Origin: a virus
Taxonomy: Duplodnaviria > Heunggongvirae > Uroviricota > Caudoviricetes
Reading direction: 5' to 3' (one strand)
DNA length: 8,224 nt
Virus record (IMG/VR): IMGVR_UViG_2648501186_000018
Coordinates: 1-8,224 of that record
Positions 6,111 through 8,224 of this stretch are shown in pieces. The notes beneath the pieces were generated by a model. That model was not told where the DNA came from. It did no database searches and worked only from the letters and a program-made list of their open reading frames with translations. Made by a program: the position numbers and the translations under genes. How positions within the stretch are numbered: the stretch's first letter is position 1; every line of letters begins with the position of its first letter.

Positions 6111-6443
6111 ATGAACCCTTATATTTATCTTGGTGGTGCAATACTTGCAGAGGTCATTGGTACAGCCTTAATGAAGTTTTCAGAAGGTTTTACACGGTTA
6201 TGGCCATCTGTTGGTACAATTATTTGTTATTGTGCATCATTCTGGTTATTAGCTCAGACGCTGGCTTATATTCCTACAGGGATTGCTTATGCTATCTGGT
6301 CAGGAGTCGGTATTGTCCTGATTAGCTTACTGTCATGGGGATTTTTCGGCCAACGGCTGGACCTGCCAGCCATTATAGGCATGATGTTGATTTGTGCCGG
6401 TGTGTTGATTATTAATTTATTGTCACGAAGCACACCACATTAA
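6111..6443 (+). CDS. emrE: EmrE small multidrug resistance (SMR) efflux transporter, 110 aa.
   Basis: The product MNPYIYLGGAILAEVIGT.LMKFSEGFTRLWPSVGTIICYCASFWLLAQTLAYIPTGIAYAIWSGVGIVLISLLSWGFFGQRLDLPAIIGMMLICAGVLIINLLSRSTPH matches E. coli EmrE as recalled, with four TM-like hydrophobic segments. The ORF-track start at 6057 is a TTG extension; the real start is the ATG at 6111, preceded by AGGAAAG. Confidence 0.95.
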   Translation: MNPYIYLGGAILAEVIGTALMKFSEGFTRLWPSVGTIICYCASFWLLAQTLAYIPTGIAYAIWSGVGIVLISLLSWGFFGQRLDLPAIIGMMLICAGVLIINLLSRSTPH

Positions 6444-6473
6444 AATAATTTGTTTCTAAACGACTAAAATATG

Positions 6474-6512
6474 GAGGCTCTTATATTTATATGAGCCTCG
6501 TTTTATGCTTTT
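6474..6512 (+). terminator. Rho-independent terminator downstream of emrE.
   Basis: Stem gaggctc (6474-6480) / gagcctc (6493-6499) with a 12-nt AT loop, followed by TTTTATGCTTTTT. Confidence 0.65.
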
Positions 6513-6697
6513 TGTTAATGTCTTTATTTTTTATGTATTCTTTTGTGCTTTCAAGATTATGGCGTAAGAAAATTGCAATACGATTATTGTTGTATATTCA
6601 AGATAATGTGACCTTAATTGTCTTTTTAAATAAAAAATAAACAAAAATTATATCCCACCACTAAGGTTTATAAAAGCATACGTTAGCAGGTGTCACC

Positions 6698-8224
6698 ATG
6701 AAAAAAGCCATAGCATATATGCGATTTTCATCACCAGGTCAGATGTCTGGCGACTCATTAAACCGACAGAGAAGACTTATTGCTGAATGGTTAAAGGTAA
6801 ATAGTGATTATTATCTTGATACCATAACATATGAAGATTTAGGATTAAGTGCATTCAAAGGAAAGCATGCACAATCAGGAGCTTTTTCGGAATTTTTAGA
6901 TGCTATAGAGCATGGTTATATATTGCCAGGAACTACATTGTTAGTTGAAAGTCTGGACAGACTTTCAAGAGAAAAAGTCGGTGAAGCGATTGAACGTCTG
7001 AAATTGATTTTGAATCACGGTATTGATGTTATAACTCTTTGCGACAATACAGTCTATAATATTGGCTCTTTGAATGAGCCATATTCATTAATAAAAGCCA
7101 TACTTATAGCACAAAGGGCAAATGAAGAAAGCGAGATAAAGTCAAGTCGGGTTAAATTATCATGGAAGAAAAAACGGCAGGATGCACTGGAATCAGGTAC
7201 GATTATGACGGCGTCTTGTCCGAGATGGCTCTCCTTAGATGACAAAAGAACGGCTTTTGTTCCAGACCCCGACAGGGTGAAAACTATTGAGCTAATTTTT
7301 AAACTCAGGATGGAAAGGCGCTCATTGAATGCAATAGCCAAGTATTTAAATGATCATGCTGTAAAGAATTTCTCAGGAAAAGAAAGTGCATGGGGACCTT
7401 CTGTAATTGAAAAATTATTAGCGAATAAAGCTCTGATAGGTATTTGCGTACCTTCATATCGTGCAAGAGGGAAAGGGATAAGTGAAATCGCTGGCTATTA
7501 TCCCAGAGTCATATCAGATGATTTGTTTTACGCTGTACAGGAAATTCGGTTGGCACCTTTTGGTATTAGCAATAGTAGCAAGAATCCTATGCTAATAAAT
7601 CTACTTCGAACAGTTATGAAGTGTGAGGCTTGTGGTAATACCATGATTGTTCATGCGGTATCTGGAAGTTTGCATGGCTATTATGTTTGTCCGATGAGAA
7701 GATTACATCGATGTGACAGGCCATCAATAAAAAGAGATTTGGTTGATTATAATATCATTAATGAATTGCTTTTTAATTGTAGCAAAATTCAACCAGTTGA
7801 AAACAAGAAAGATGCTAATGAAACTTTAGAGTTAAAAATTATTGAGCTTCAGATGAAAATTAATAATTTAATCGTTGCATTGTCTGTCGCGCCTGAAGTT
7901 ACCGCTATAGCAGAGAAAATAAGACTATTAGATAAGGAATTACGAAGGGCTTCGGTATCATTGAAAACTTTGAAGAGTAAAGGTGTAAATTCATTCAGTG
8001 ATTTTTATGCTATTGACTTAACCAGTAAAAATGGACGAGAGTTATGCCGTACACTTGCCTATAAAACATTCGAAAAAATCATAATTAATACGGATAATAA
8101 AACCTGTGATATCTATTTTATGAATGGCATTGTTTTTAAACACTATCCTTTAATGAAAGTAATATCCGCCCAGCAGGCGATAAGTGCTCTCAAATATATG
8201 GTTGATGGTGAGATTTATTTCTAA
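6698..8224 (+). CDS. ybcK: Large serine recombinase, YbcK-like (508 aa): resolvase-type catalytic domain, recombinase domain, zinc-ribbon and coiled-coil.
   Basis: N-terminal catalytic motif AYMRFSSPGQ…R with the Ser nucleophile. Cys-rich zinc-ribbon CEACGN…CPMRRLHRC. Coiled-coil segment LELKIIELQMKINNLIVAL. RBS AGGTG lies 6 nt upstream. It follows emrE as in K-12 DLP12 (from memory). Confidence 0.9.
   Translation: MKKAIAYMRFSSPGQMSGDSLNRQRRLIAEWLKVNSDYYLDTITYEDLGLSAFKGKHAQSGAFSEFLDAIEHGYILPGTTLLVESLDRLSREKVGEAIERLKLILNHGIDVITLCDNTVYNIGSLNEPYSLIKAILIAQRANEESEIKSSRVKLSWKKKRQDALESGTIMTASCPRWLSLDDKRTAFVPDPDRVKTIELIFKLRMERRSLNAIAKYLNDHAVKNFSGKESAWGPSVIEKLLANKALIGICVPSYRARGKGISEIAGYYPRVISDDLFYAVQEIRLAPFGISNSSKNPMLINLLRTVMKCEACGNTMIVHAVSGSLHGYYVCPMRRLHRCDRPSIKRDLVDYNIINELLFNCSKIQPVENKKDANETLELKIIELQMKINNLIVALSVAPEVTAIAEKIRLLDKELRRASVSLKTLKSKGVNSFSDFYAIDLTSKNGRELCRTLAYKTFEKIIINTDNKTCDIYFMNGIVFKHYPLMKVISAQQAISALKYMVDGEIYF

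Noticed and set aside
7054-7341. Minus-strand 95-aa ORF inside ybcK
   Set aside because: It is antisense within a well-supported recombinase gene.
1-8224. tRNA or attachment site, and CRISPR arrays
   Set aside because: No cloverleaf-compatible segment or regularly spaced repeat-spacer array was found. The integrase 3' end abuts the window edge, so attL and any tRNA would lie outside the window.

Overview
This window is the early/immunity/replication region of a mosaic lambdoid prophage of the DLP12 type (Escherichia/Shigella-like), apparently defective on its left arm. Identifications rest on reading the ORF translations against remembered protein sequences; no database search was run. Layout, left to right: a 5'-truncated tyrosine integrase (minus strand); an in-frame chimeric gam'-'bet ORF; a small KilR-like ORF; PL/OL; a terminator; a lipoprotein gene sitting where lambda carries rexAB; a LexA-like cI repressor; the divergent PRM/OR/PR region; a YdaS-type Cro; a lambda-O-like initiator with internal origin iterons; near-lambda P and ren; then an AT-rich cargo block with emrE and a ybcK-like large serine recombinase. 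No N, cII, cIII, exo or xis genes are present. No tRNA, rRNA or CRISPR array was recognised. I did not find a clear multi-gene novel system. The best candidates for uncharacterised biology are the lipoprotein downstream of cI, the retained kil-like gene under repressor control, and the emrE/serine-recombinase cargo.
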